Part shown: piece after piece, positions 14,412 through 28,900 of the stretch
How positions within the stretch are numbered: position 1 is the stretch's first letter
How the letters are laid out: the number at the start of each line of letters is the position of its first letter
Assembly: GCF_009914755.1 (NCBI RefSeq)
Contig: NC_060933.1
Origin: the human T2T-CHM13v2.0 reference genome, Homo sapiens
Strand: one strand, 5' to 3'
DNA length: 64,000 bases
Made by a program: the position numbers and the translations under genes
Notes under the pieces: model-generated
What the model was told of the DNA's origin: nothing
What the model saw: only the letters and a program-made list of their open reading frames with translations
Databases searched by the model: none

Positions 14412-17400
14412 CGGATGATTCCATTCCATTGCATTCCATTCCATTCCATTCCCGTGCACTCGGGTTGAATCCATTCCATTCCACTCCATTCCGTTCCATT
14501 CCATTCCATTCCATTCCATTCCATTCCATTCCATTCCATTCCATTGTATTCGGGTTAATTCCATTCCATTCCGTTCCATTCCATTCCATTCCATTCCATT
14601 ACAATCGAGTTGATTCCATTCCATTCCATTCCATTCCATTTCAGTCCTTTCCATTCCATTCCACTCGGGTTGATTCCAATCTAATCTATTAGTTTCCATT
14701 CCATTCCATTCCCTTCCATTCCACTCTGGTTGATTCAATTCCTTTCCATTCCACTCGAATACATTCTCTCCTATTCCCCTCGGAACGATTCCATTCCATT
14801 CCATTCCATTCCATTGCATTCCATTCCATTCCGTTCCATTCCATTCCATTACATTCGGATTGATACTATTCAATTCCCTTACACTCCATTACATTCCATT
14901 CCATTCGGGTAGTTTCCATTCCATTCCATTCCATTCCTCTCCATTCCATTACACTCGGGTTGATACCATTCCATTGCATTCCATTCCATTCCATTCAATT
15001 CCATTCCGTTCCATTCCATTCCATTACATTCGGATTGATTCTATTCAACTCCCTTACTCTCCATTACATTCCATTCCATTCGGGTTGTTCCATTTCATTC
15101 CATTCCATTCCACTCCATTCCATTGCACTCGGGTTGATTCCATTCCATTCCATTCCATTCCATTCCATTCCATTCCATTCCATTCCGGATGATTCCATTC
15201 CATTACATTCCGTTCCATTACATTCCCCTGCACTCGGGTTGATTCCATTCCATTCCATTCCATTCCATTCGATTCCATTCCATTCCAATTCTTTCCATTC
15301 CATTCTATTCCGTTCCATTCCATTCCATTCCATACAATTCCATTCCATTCCATTCCATTCCGTTCCGTTCCGTTCCGTTCCGTTCCGTTCCGTTCCGTTC
15401 CTTTCCATTCCATTCCATTCCATTCTATTCGGGTTAATTCCATTCCATTCCATTCCATTCCATTCTATTGCATTCCATTGCAATCGAGTTGAATCCATTG
15501 CATTCCATTCCATTCCATTCCGGAAGATTCCATTCCATTGCATTCCATTCCATTCCATTCCCCTGCACTCGCGTTGATTCCATTCCATTCCATTCCATTC
15601 CATTCCGATCCGTTCCATTCCACTCCATTCCATTCCATTCCATTCCATTCCGTTCCGTTCCATTCCATTCCATTCCATTCCATTCTATTCGGGTTAATTC
15701 CATTCCATTCCATTCGATTGCAATCGAGTTGATTCCATTCAATTCCATTCCATTCCATTCCATTCCATTCCATTCCATTCCATTCCATTCCTTTCCATTA
15801 CATTACGTATGATTCCATTCCATTTCATTCCATTCCATTCCATTCCCCTCTACTCGGGTTGATTCCATTCCATTCCATTCCAATCCATGCCATTCCACTC
15901 GTGTTGATTCCATTCTTTCCATTCCATTCTAGTTGAATCCATTCCATTGCATTCCATTTCATTCGATTCCATTCGATTCCATTCGATTGCACTCGGGTTG
16001 ATTCCATGACATTGCATTCCATTCCATTCCATTCCATTCCTTTCCATTCCATTCCATTCCATTCGGATTCATTCTATTCAATTCCCTTACACTCCATTCC
16101 ATTCCATTCCATTCGGGTAGTTTCCATTCCATTCCATTCCATTCCTCTCCATTCCATTGCACTCGGGTTGATTCCATTCCATTCCATTCCATTCCATTCC
16201 ATTCCATTCCATTCCATTCCATTCCGGATGATTCCATTCCATTGAATTCCATTCCATTCCATTCCCCTGCACTTGGGTTGATTCCATTCCATTCCATTCC
16301 ATTCCTTTCTGTTCCATTCCATTCCATTCCATTCCATTCTATTCGTGTTAATTCCATTCCATTCTATTCCATTCCATTCCATTGAAATCGAGTTGATTCC
16401 ATTCCATTCCATTCCATTCCATTCCATTCCGGATGATTCCATTGCATTGCATTCCATTCCATTCCATTCCCCTGCACTCGGGATGATTCCATTCGATTCC
16501 TTTGCATTACATTCCGTTCCATTTCGTTCCATTTCATTCTATTCGGGTTAATTCCATTCCATTGCATTCCACTCCATTCCAGTCCTTTCCATTCCATTCC
16601 ACTCGGGTTGATTCCATTCTATTCTTTTCCATTCCATTCCATTCCATTGCAATCGAGTTGATTCCATTCGAGTTGAATCCATTCCATTCCATTCCATTCC
16701 ATTGCACACGGGTTCATTCCATTCCATTCCATTCCATTCCATTCCATTCCATTCCTTTCCATTTCATTCCATTCCATTCTATTCCGTACCATTCTATTCC
16801 ATCCCATTCCATTCCGTTCCATTCCATGCCATTACACTCGGGTTGAATCCATTCCTTTCCATTCCATTCTTGTTGAATCCATTCCATTCCATTCCATTCC
16901 ATTCGAATCCATTCCATTGCACTCGGGTTGATTCCATTCCATTCCATTCCGTTCCATTTCATTCCATTCCATTCCATTACATTCGGATTGATTCTATTCA
17001 ATTCCCTTACACTCCATTACATTCCATTCCATTCGGGATGTTTCCATTTCATTCCCTTCCATTCCACTCCATTCCATTGCATCAGGTTGATGGCATTCCA
17101 TTCCATTCCGTTCCATTCCGGATGATTCCATTCTATTGCATTCCATTCCATTCCATTCCCCTGCACTCGGGTTGATTCCATTCCATTCCATTCCATTCCA
17201 TTCCATTCCATTCCATTCCATTCCATTCTATTCCGGTTAATTCCATTCCATTACATTCGATTCCATTCCATTCCCTTCCATTCCATTGCAATCGAGTTGA
17301 TTCCATTCCATTCCATTCCATTCCGTTCCGGATGATTCCATTCCATTCCATTCCATTCCATTCCATTCCATTCCCCTGCAGTCGGGTTGATTCCATTCCA

Positions 17401-20400
17401 TTCCATTCCATTCCATTCCATTCCATTCCGTTCCATTCCATTCCATTCCATTCTATTCGGGTTAATTCCATTCCATTCCATTCCATTCCATTCCATTCCA
17501 TTCCATTCCACTCCATTCCAGTCCTTTCCATTCCATTACACTCGGGTTGATTCCATTCTATTCCTTTCCATTCCATTCCATTCCATTGCAATCGAGTTGA
17601 TTCCATTGCTTTGCATTCCATTCCATTCCATTCCATTCCGGATGATTCTATTCCATTGCATTCCGTTCCATTACATTCCCCTGCACTCGGGTTGATTCCA
17701 TTCCATTCCATTCCATTCCATTCCATTCCATTCCATTCCATTCCTTTCCGTTCCATTCCATTCCATTCCTTTCCGTTCCATTCCATTCCATTCCATTCTA
17801 TTCGCGTTAATTCCATTCCATTCCATTCGATTGCAATCGAGTTGATTCCATTCCATTCCATTCCATTCCATTCCATTCCATTCCATTCCATTCCTTTCCA
17901 TTCCATTACGGATGATTCTATTCCATTGCATTCCATTCCATTCCATTCTCCTGTACTCGGGTTGATTCCATTCCATTCCATTCCAATCCATGCCATTCCA
18001 CTCGTGTTGATTCCATTCTTTCCTTTCCATTCAAGTTGAATCCATTCCATTGCATTCCATTCCATTCGATTCCATTCGATTGCACTCGGGTTGATTCCAT
18101 TCCATTGCATTCCATTCCATTCCATTCCATTCCATTCCATTCCGTTCCATTCCATTTCATTACATTCAGATTGATTCTATTCAATTCCCTTACACTCCAT
18201 TATATTCCAATCCATTCTGGTTGTTTCCATTCCATTCCATTCCATTTCACTCCATTCCTTTGCACTCGGGTTGATTCCATTCCATTCCATTCCATTCCAT
18301 TCCGGATGATTCCATTCCATTGCATTCCATTCCATTCCATTCCCCTGCACTCGGGTTGATTCCATTCCAGTCCATTACATTACATTCCGTTCCATTACAT
18401 TCCATGCCATTCGGATTGATTCTATTCAATTCCCTTACACTTCATTACATTCCATGCCATTCGGGTAGTTTCCATTCCATTCCATTCCTTTCCTCTCTAT
18501 TCCATTGCACTCGGGTTGATTCCATTCCATTCCATTCCATTCCATTCCATTCCATTCCATTCCATTCCTTTCCATTCCATTCCATTGTACTCGTGTTGAT
18601 TCCATTCCATTGCATTCCATTCAATTCCATTCCATTCCATTCCGTTCCATTCCATTCCATTACATTCGGATTGATTCTATTCAACTCCCTTACTCTCCAT
18701 TACATTCCATTCCATTCGGGTTGTTCCATTCCATTCCATTCCATTCCAATCCATTCCATTGCACTCGGGTTGGTTCCATTCCATTCCATTCCATTCCATT
18801 CCATTCCATTCCATTCGATTCCATTCCATTCGATTCCATTCCATTCCAATTCTTTCCATTCCATTCTATTCTGTACCATTCCATTCCATTCCATACAATT
18901 CCATTCCATTCCATTCCATTCCATTCCATTCCATTCCATTCGGTTCCGTTCCGTTCCGTTCCGTTCCATACCATTCCATTCCATTGTATTCGGGTTAATT
19001 CCATTCTATTCCATTCCATTCCATTCCATTCCATTCCATTCCATTCCATTCTATTCCATTTCATTGCAATCGAGTTGAATCCATTGCATTCCATTCCATT
19101 CCATTCCATTCCTTTCCATTCCATTACGGATGATTCCATTCCATTGCATTCCATTCCATTCCATTCCCGTGCACTCGGGTTGAATCCATTCCATTCCACT
19201 CCATTCCGTTCCATTCCATTCCATTCCATTCCATTCCATTCCATTCCATTCCATTGTATTCGGGTTAATTCCATTCCATTCCGTTCCATTCCATTCCATT
19301 CCATTCCATTACAATCGAGTTGATTCCATTCCATTCCATTCCATTCCATTTCAGTCCTTTCCATTCCATTCCACTCGGGTTGATTCCAATCTAATCTATT
19401 AGTTTCCATTCCATTCCATTCCCTTCCATTCCACTCTGGTTGATTCAATTCCTTTCCATTCCACTCGAATACATTCTCTCCTATTCCCCTCGGAACGATT
19501 CCATTCCATTCCATTCCATTCCATTGCATTCCATTCCATTCCGTTCCATTCCATTCCATTACATTCGGATTGATACTATTCAATTCCCTTACACTCCATT
19601 ACATTCCATTCCATTCGGGTAGTTTCCATTCCATTCCATTCCATTCCTCTCCATTCCATTACACTCGGGTTGATACCATTCCATTGCATTCCATTCCATT
19701 CCCTTCCATTCCATTCCGTTCCATTCCATTCCATTACATTCGGATTGATTCTATTCAACTCCCTTACTCTCCATTACATTCCATTCCATTCGGGTTGTTC
19801 CATTTCATTCCATTCCATTCCACTCCATTCCATTGCACTCGGGTTGATTCCATTCCATTCCATTCCATTCCATTCCATTCCATTCCATTCCGGATGATTC
19901 CATTCCATTACATTCCGTTCCATTACATTCCCCTGCACTCGGGTTGATTCCATTCCATTCCATTCCATTCCATTCGATTCCATTCCATTCCAATTCTTTC
20001 CATTCCATTCTATTCCGTACCATTCCATTCCATTCCATACAATTCCATTCCATTCCATTCCATTCCGTTCCGTTCCGTTCCGTTCCGTTCCGTTCCGTTC
20101 CGTTCCTTTCCATTCCATTCCATTCCATTCTATTCGGGTTAATTCCATTCCATTCCATTCCATTCCATTCTATTGCATTCCATTGCAATCGAGTTGAATC
20201 CATTGCATTCCATTCCATTCCATTCCGGAAGATTTCATTCCATTGCATTCCATTCCATTCCATTCCCCTGCACTCGCGTTGATTCCATTCCATTCCATTC
20301 CATTCCATTCCGATCCGTTCCATTCCACTCCATTCCATTCCATTCCATTCCATTCCGTTCCGTTCCATTCCATTCCATTCCATTCCATTCTATTCGGGTT

Positions 20401-22980
20401 AATTCCATTCCATTCCATTCGATTGCAATCGAGTTGATTCCATTCAATTCCATTCCATTCCATTCCATTCCATTCCATTCCATTCCATTCCATTCCTTTC
20501 CATTACATTACGTATGATTCCATTCCATTTCATTCCATTCCATTCCATTCCCCTCTACTCGGGTTGATTCCATTCCATTCCATTCCAATCCATGCCATTC
20601 CACTCGTGTTGATTCCATTCTTTCCATTCCATTCTAGTTGAATCCATTCCATTGCATTCCATTTCATTCGATTCCATTCGATTCCATTCGATTGCACTCG
20701 GGTTGATTCCATGGCATTGCATTCCATTCCATTCCATTCCATTCCTTTCCATTCCATTCCATTCCATTCGGATTCATTCTATTCAATTCCCTTACACTCC
20801 ATTCCATTCCATTCCATTCGGGTAGTTTCCATTCCATTCCATTCCATTCCTCTCCATTCCATTGCACTCGGGTTGATTCCATTCCATTCCATTCCATTCC
20901 ATTCCATTCCATTCCATTCCATTCCATTCTATTCCGGTTAATTCCATTCCATTACATTCGATTCCATTCCATTCCCTTCCATTCCATTGCAATCGAGTTG
21001 ATTCCATTCCATTCCATTCCATTCCGTTCCGGATGATTCCATTCCATTCCATTCCATTCCATTCCATTCCATTCCCCTGCAGTCGGGTTGATTCCATTCC
21101 ATTCCATTCCATTCCATTCCATTCCATTCCGTTCCATTCCATTCCATTCCATTCTATTCGGGTTAATTCCATTCCATTCCATTCCATTCCATTCCATTCC
21201 ATTCCATTCCACTCCATTCCAGTCCTTTCCATTCCATTACACTCGGGTTGATTCCATTCTATTCCTTTCCATTCCATTCCATTCCATTGCAATCGAGTTG
21301 ATTCCATTGCTTTGCATTCCATTCCATTCCATTCCATTCCGGATGATTCTATTCCATTGCATTCCGTTCCATTACATTCCCCTGCACTCGGGTTGATTCC
21401 ATTCCATTCCATTCCATTCCATTCCATTCCATTCCATTCCATTCCTTTCCGTTCCATTCCATTCCATTCCTTTCCGTTCCATTCCATTCCATTCCATTCT
21501 ATTCGCGTTAATTCCATTCCATTCCATTCGATTGCAATCGAGTTGATTCCATTCCATTCCATTCCATTCCATTCCATTCCATTCCATTCCATTCCTTTCC
21601 ATTCCATTACGGATGATTCTATTCCATTGCATTCCATTCCATTCCATTCTCCTGTACTCGGGTTGATTCCATTCCATTCCATTCCGTTCCATTCCATTCC
21701 ATTCCATTCGATTGCAATCGAGTTGATTCCATTCCATTCCATTCCATTCCATTCCATTCCTTTCCATTCCATTACGGATGATTCTATTCCATTGCATTCC
21801 ATTCCATTCCATTCTCCTGTACTCGGGTTGATTCCATTCCATTCCATTCCAATCCATGCCATTCCACTCGTGTTGATTCCATTCTTTCCTTTCCATTCAA
21901 GTTGAATCCATTCCATTGCATTCCATTCCATTCGATTCAATTCGATTGCACTCGGGTTGATTCCATTCCATTGCATTCCATTCCATTCCATTCCATTCCA
22001 TTCCATTCCATTCCATTCCGTTCCATTCCATTTCATTACATTCAGATTGATTCTATTCAATTCCCTTACACTCCATTATATTCCAATCCATTCTGGTTGT
22101 TTCCATTCCATTCCATTCCATTTCACTCCATTCCTTTGCACTCGGGTTGATTCCATTCCATTCCATTCCATTCCATTCCGGATGATTCCATTCCATTGCA
22201 TTCCATTCCATTCCATTCCCCTGCACTGGGGTTGATTCCATTCCAGTCCATTACATTACATTCCGTTCCATTACATTCCATGCCATTCGGATTGATTCTA
22301 TTCAATTCCCTTACACTTCATTACATTCCATGCCATTCGGGTAGTTTCCATTCCATTCCATTCCTTTCCTCTCTATTCCATTGCACTCGGGTTGATTCCA
22401 TTCCATTCCATTCCATTCCATTCCATTCCATTCCTTTCCATTCCATTCCATTGTACTCGGGTTGATTCCATTCCATTGCATTCCATTCAATTCCATTCCA
22501 TTCCATTCCGTTCCATTCCATTCCATTACATTCGGATTGATTCTATTCAACTCCCTTACTCTCCATTACATTCCATTCCATTCGGGTTGTTCCATTCCAT
22601 TCCATTGCATTCCAATCCATTCCATTGCACTCGGGTTGGTTCCATTCCATTCCATTCCATTCCATTCCATTCCATTCCATTCGATTCCATTCCATTCGAT
22701 TCCATTCCATTGCAATTCTTTCCATTCCATTCTATTCTGTACCATTCCATTCCATTCCATACAATTCCATTCCATTCCATTGCATTCCATTCCATTCCAT
22801 TCCATTCGGTTCCGTTCCGTTCCGTTCCGTTCCATACCATTCCATTCCATTCTATTCGGGTTAATTCCATTCCATTCCATTCCATTCCATTCCATTCCAT
22901 TCTATTCCATTTCATTGCAATCGAGTTGAATCCATTGCATTCCATTCCATTCCATTCCATTCCTTTCCATTCCATTACGG
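14412..22980 (+). repeat. Tandem duplication: copy 1 ~14412-19126 (~4.7 kb), copy 2 ~19127-22980 (~3.9 kb, with a ~1 kb deletion and a ~175 bp internal duplication)
   Basis: Private variants recur: CCAATCTAATCTATTAG (~14676/19386), TGATACTATT (14861/19571), TTACATTACGTATG (~15798/20503). Matching ORF pairs are offset by 4710/4705 (14730 vs 19440; 15825 vs 20530), then 3701 (17237 vs 20938), then 3876/3866 (18177 vs 22053; 18677 vs 22543). Confidence 0.9.
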
Positions 22981-25900
22981 ATGATTCCATTCCATTGCAT
23001 TACATTCCATTCCATTCCCCTGTACTCGGGTTGATTCCATTCCATTCCATTCCATTCCATTCTATTCCATTCCATTCCATTCCATTCTGGCAGATTCCAT
23101 TCCATTTCATTCCATTCCATTCCATTCCCCTGCACTCGCGTTGATTCCTTTCCATTCCATTCCATTCCGTTCCGTTCTGTTCCATTCCATTCCATTCCGT
23201 TCCGTTCCGTTCCGTTCCGTTCCATTCCATTCCATTCCATTCTACTCGGGTTAATTCCATTCCATTCCATTCCATTCCATTCCATTCCAATCGAGTTGAT
23301 TCCATTCCATTCCATTCCATTCCATTCCATTCCATTCCACTCCATTCCAGTCCTTTCCATTCCATTCCACTCGGGTTGATTCCAATGTATTCCTTTCCAT
23401 TCCATTCCATTCCATTGCAATCGAGTTGATTCCATTGCTTTGCATTCCATTCCATTCCATTCCATTCCGGATGATTGCATTCCATTGCATTCCATTCCAT
23501 TCCATTCCCCTGCCCTCGGGTTGATTCCATTGCATTCCACTCCATTCCGTTCCATTCCATTCCATTCCATTGTATTCGGGTTAATTCCATTCCATTCCAT
23601 TCCATTCCATTCCATTCCATTCCAGTCCTTTCCATTCCATTCCACTCGGGTTGATTCCATTCTATTAGTTTCCATTCCATTCCATTCCCTTTCATTCCAC
23701 TCTGGTTGATTCCATTCCTTTCCATTCCACTCGAATACATTCCCTCCTATTCCCTCGGAACAATTCCATTCCATTCCATTGCATTCTATTCCATTCCATA
23801 CCATTTCGTTCCATTCCATTCTATTCCGTATCATTCCATTCCATTCCATTCCATTCCATTCCATTCCTTTGTACTCCGGTTGATTCCATTCCATTGCATT
23901 CCATTCCATTCCATTCCATTCCATTGCGTTGCATTCCATTCCATTACATTCGGATTGATTCTATTCAACTCCCTTACTCTCCATTACATTCCATTCCATT
24001 CGGGTTGTTCCATTCCATTCCATTCCATTACACTCCATTCCATTGCACTCGGGTTGATTCCATTCCATTCCATTCCATTCCATTCCATTCCGGATGATTC
24101 CATTCCATTGCATTCCGTTCCATTACATTCCCCTGCACTCGCGTTGATTCCATTCCATTCCATTCCATTCCATTCAATTTCATTCCATTACAATTCGTTC
24201 CATTCCATTCTATTCCGTACCATTCCATTCCATTCCATTCCAATCGAGTTGATTCCATTCCATTCCATTCCATTCCATTCCACTCCATTGCAGTCCTTTC
24301 CATTCCATTCCACTCGGGTTGATTCCAATGTATTCCTTTCCATTCCATTCCATTCCATTGCATTCCGTTCCATTACATTCCCCTGCACTCGCGTTGATTC
24401 CATTCCATTCCATTAAATTCCATTCCATTACAATTCGTTCCATTCCATTCTATTCCGTACCATTCCATTCCATTCCATTCCAATCGAGTTGATTGCATTC
24501 CATTCCATTCCATTCCATTCCACTCCATTCCAGTCCTTTCCTTTCCATTCCACTCGGGGTGATTCCAATGTATTCCTTTCCATTCCATTCCATTCCATTG
24601 CAATCGAGTTGATTCCATTGCTTTGCATTCCATTCCATTCCATTCCATTCCGGATGATTCCATTCCATTGCATTCCATTCAATTCCATTCCCCTGCAATC
24701 TGGTTGATTCCATTCCATTGCACTCCTTTCCGTACCATTCCATTCCATTCCATTCCATTGTATTCGGGTTAATTCCATTCCATTTCATTCCATTCCATTC
24801 CATTCCATTGCAATCGAGTTGATTCCATTCCATTTCATTCCATTCCATTCCATTACATTCCATTCCAATCGTGTTGATTCCATTCCATTTCATTCCATTC
24901 CATTCCATTCTATTCCATTCCAGTCCTTTCCATTCCATTCCACTCGGGTTGATTCCATTCTATTAGTTTCCATTCCATTCCATTCCCTTCCATTCCACTC
25001 TGGTTGATTCCATTCCTTTCCATTCCACTCGAATACATTCCCTCCTATTCTACTCGGAACGATTCCATTCCATTCCATTCCATTCCATTCCATTCCATTC
25101 CATTCCATTCCATTCCATTTCGTTCCATTCCATTCTGTTTCGTATCATTCCATTCCATTCCATTCCATTCCCTTCCATTCCATTCCATTACATTCCACTC
25201 GTGTTGATTCCATTCCTTTCCATTCCATTCGGTTTGAAGGCATTCCATTCCATTCCATTCCATTCCATTCCATTCCATTCCATTGTACTCGGGTTGATTC
25301 CATTCCATTGCATTCCATTCCATTCCAATCCGTTGCATTCCATTCCATTACATTCGGATTGATTCTATTCAACTCCCTTACTCTCCATTACATTCCATTC
25401 CATTCGGGTTGTTCCATTCCATTCCATTCCATTCCACTCCATTCCATTGCACTCGGGTTGATTGCATTCCATTCCATTCCATTCCATTCCATTCCGGATG
25501 ATTCCGTTCCATTGCATTCCGTTCCATTACATTCCCCTGCACTCGCGTTGATTCCATTCCATTCCATTCCATTCCATTCCATTCCATTCCGTTCCGTTCC
25601 ATTCCGTTCCATTGCATTCCATTCCATTCTATTCGGGTTAATTCCATTCCATTCCATTCGATTGCAATCGAGTTGATTCCATTCCATTCCATTCCATTCC
25701 GTTCCGTTCCATTCCATTCCATTCCATTCTATTCGGGTTAATTCGATTCCATTCCTTTCCATTCCATTCCATTCCATTCCAATCGAGTTGATTCCATTCC
25801 ATTCCATTCCATTCCATTCCACTCCATTCCAGTCCTTTCCATTCCATTACACTCGGGTTGATTCCGTTCTATTCCTTTCCATTCCATTCCATTCCATTGC

Positions 25901-28900
25901 AATCGAGTTGATTCCATTGCTTTGCATTCCATTCCATTCCATTCCATTCCGGATGATTCCATTCCATTGCGTTCCATTCCATTCCATTCCCCTGCACTCG
26001 GGTTGATTCCATTCCATTCCACTCCATTCCGTTCCATTCTAGTCCATTCCATTGTATTCGGGTTAATTCCATTCCATTCCATTCCATTCCATTCCATTAC
26101 AATGTAGTTGATTCCATTCAATTCCATTCCATTCAATTCCATTCCAGTCCTTTCCATTCCATTCCACTCGGGTTGATTCCATTCTATTAGTTTCCATTCC
26201 ATTCCATTCCCTTCCATTCCAATCTGGTTGATTCCATTCCTTTCCATTCCACTCGAATACATTCCCTCCTATTCCACTCAGAACGATTCCATTCCATTCC
26301 ATTCCATTCCATTCCATTCCATTCCATTCCATTCCAGTTCGTTCCATTCCATTCTATTCCGTACCATTCTATTCCATTCCATTCCTTTCCATTCCATTCC
26401 ATTCCACTCGTGGTGATTCCATTCCTTTCCATTCCATTCGGTTTGAAGGCATTCCATTCCATTCCATTCCATTCCATTCCATTCCCTTCCATTCCATTCC
26501 ATTCCATTCCATTGTACTCGAGTTGATTCCATTCCATTGCATTCAATTCCATTCCATTCCATTCCATTGTACTCGAGTTGATTCCATTCCATTGCATTCC
26601 ATTCCATTCCATTCCATTCCATTCCGTTGCATTCCATTCCATTACATTCGGATTGATTCTATTCAACTCCCTTACTCTCCATTACATTCCATTCCATTCG
26701 GGTTGTTCCATTCCATTCCATTCCATTCCACTCCATTCCATTGCACTCGGGTTGATTCCATTCCATTCCATTCCATTCCATTCCATTCCATTCCGCGTGA
26801 TTCCATTCCATTGCATTCCGTTCCATTACATTCCCCTGCACTCGCGTTGTTTCCATTCCATTCCATTCCATTCAATTCCATTCCATTGCAATTCGTTCCA
26901 TTCCATTCTATTCCGTACCATTCCATTCCATTACATACCATTCCATTCCATTCCATTCCATTCCGTTCCGTTCTGTTCCTTTCCATTCCATTCCATTCTA
27001 TTCGGATTAATTCCATTCCATTCCATTCCATTCCATTCTATTCCATTCCATTGCAATCGAGTTGAATCCATTGCATTTCATTCCATTCCATTCCATTCCA
27101 TTCCATTCCGGAAGTTTCCATTCCATTGCATTCCATTCCATTCCATTCCCCTGCACTCGCGTTGATTCCATTCCATTCCATTCCATTCCATTCCATTCCG
27201 TTCCGTTCAATTCCATTCCATTCCATTCCATTCCCCTGCACTCGCGTTGATTCCATTCCATTCCATTCCATTCCATTCCATTCCGTTCCGTTCAATTCCA
27301 TTCCATTCCATTCCATTCCATTCCATTCCATTCCGTTCCATTCCATTCCATTCCATTCCATTCTATTCGGGTTAATTCCATTCCATTCCATTCGATTGCA
27401 ATCGAGTTGATTCCATTCCATTCCATTCCATTCCATTCCATTCCATTCCATTCCATTTCATTCCATTCCATTCTATTCCGTACCATTCTATTCCATCCCA
27501 TTCCATTCCGTTCCATTCCATGCCATTACACTCGGGTTGAATCCATTCCTTTCCATTCCATTCTTGTTGAATCCATTCCATTCCAGTCCATTCCATTCGA
27601 ATCCATTCCATTGCACTCGGGTTGATTCCATTCCATTCCATTCCATTCCAGTCCTTTCCATTCCATTCCACTCGGGTTGATTCCATTCTATTAGTTTCCA
27701 TTCCATTCCATTCTCTTCCATTCCACTCTGGGTGATTCCATTCCTTTCCATTCCACTCGAATACATTCCCTCCTATTCCACTCGGAACGATTCCATTCCA
27801 TTCCATTCCATTCCATTCCATTCCATTCCATTCCATTCCATTCCATTTCGTTCCATTACATTCTATTCCGTATCATTCCATTGCATTCCATTCCATTCCA
27901 TTCCATTCCATTCCACTCGTGTTGATTCCATTCCTTTCCATTCCATTCGGTTTGAAGGCATTCCATTCCATTCCATTCCATTCCATTCCATTCCATTGTA
28001 CTCGGGTTGATTCCATTCCATTGCATTCCATCCCATTCCATTCCATTCCAATCCGTTGCATTGCATTCCATTACATTCGGATTGATTCTATTCAACTCCC
28101 TTACTCTCCATTACATTCCATTCCATTCGGGTTGTTCCATTTCATTCCATTCCATTCCACTCCATTCCATTGCACTCGGGTTGATTCCATTCCTTTCCAT
28201 TCCATTCCATTCCATTCCGGATGATTCCATTCCATTGCATTCCGTTCCATTACATTCCCCTGCACTCGCGTTGATTCCATTCCATTCCATTCCATTCCAT
28301 TCCATTCCATGCCATTACAATTCGTTCCATTCCATTCTATTCCGTACCATTCCATTCCATTCCATACCATTCCATTCCATTCCATTCCATTCCATTCCAT
28401 TCCATTCCATTTCGTTCCATTCCGTTCCATTCCATTCCATTCCATTCTATTCGGGTTAATTCCATTCCATTCCATTCCATTCCATTCCATTCCATTCTAT
28501 TCCATTTCATTGCAATCGAGTTGAATCCATTGCATTCCATTCCATTCCATTCCATTCCTTTCCATTCCATTACGGATGATTCCATTCCATTGCATTACAT
28601 TCCATTCCATTCCCCTGTACTCGGGTTGATTCCATTCCATTCCATTCCATTCCATTCTATTCCATTCCATTCCATTCCATTCTGGCAGATTCCATTCCAT
28701 TTCATTCCATTCCATTCCATTCCCCTGCACTCGCGTTGATTCCTTTCCATTCCATTCCATTCCGTTCCGTTCTGTTCCATTCCATTCCATTCCGTTCCGT
28801 TCCGTTCCGTTCCGTTCCATTCCATTCCATTCCATTCTACTCGGGTTAATTCCATTCCATTCCATTCCATTCCATTCCATTCCAATCGAGTTGATTCCAT

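Noticed and set aside
14677-14687. CAATCTAATCT resembling the DUX4 site TAATCTAATCA (also ~19387; CGATTAGATTC at ~58415 and ~60409)
   Set aside because: Only 9/11 match, with both terminal consensus bases wrong. The repeated occurrences are explained by the duplications.
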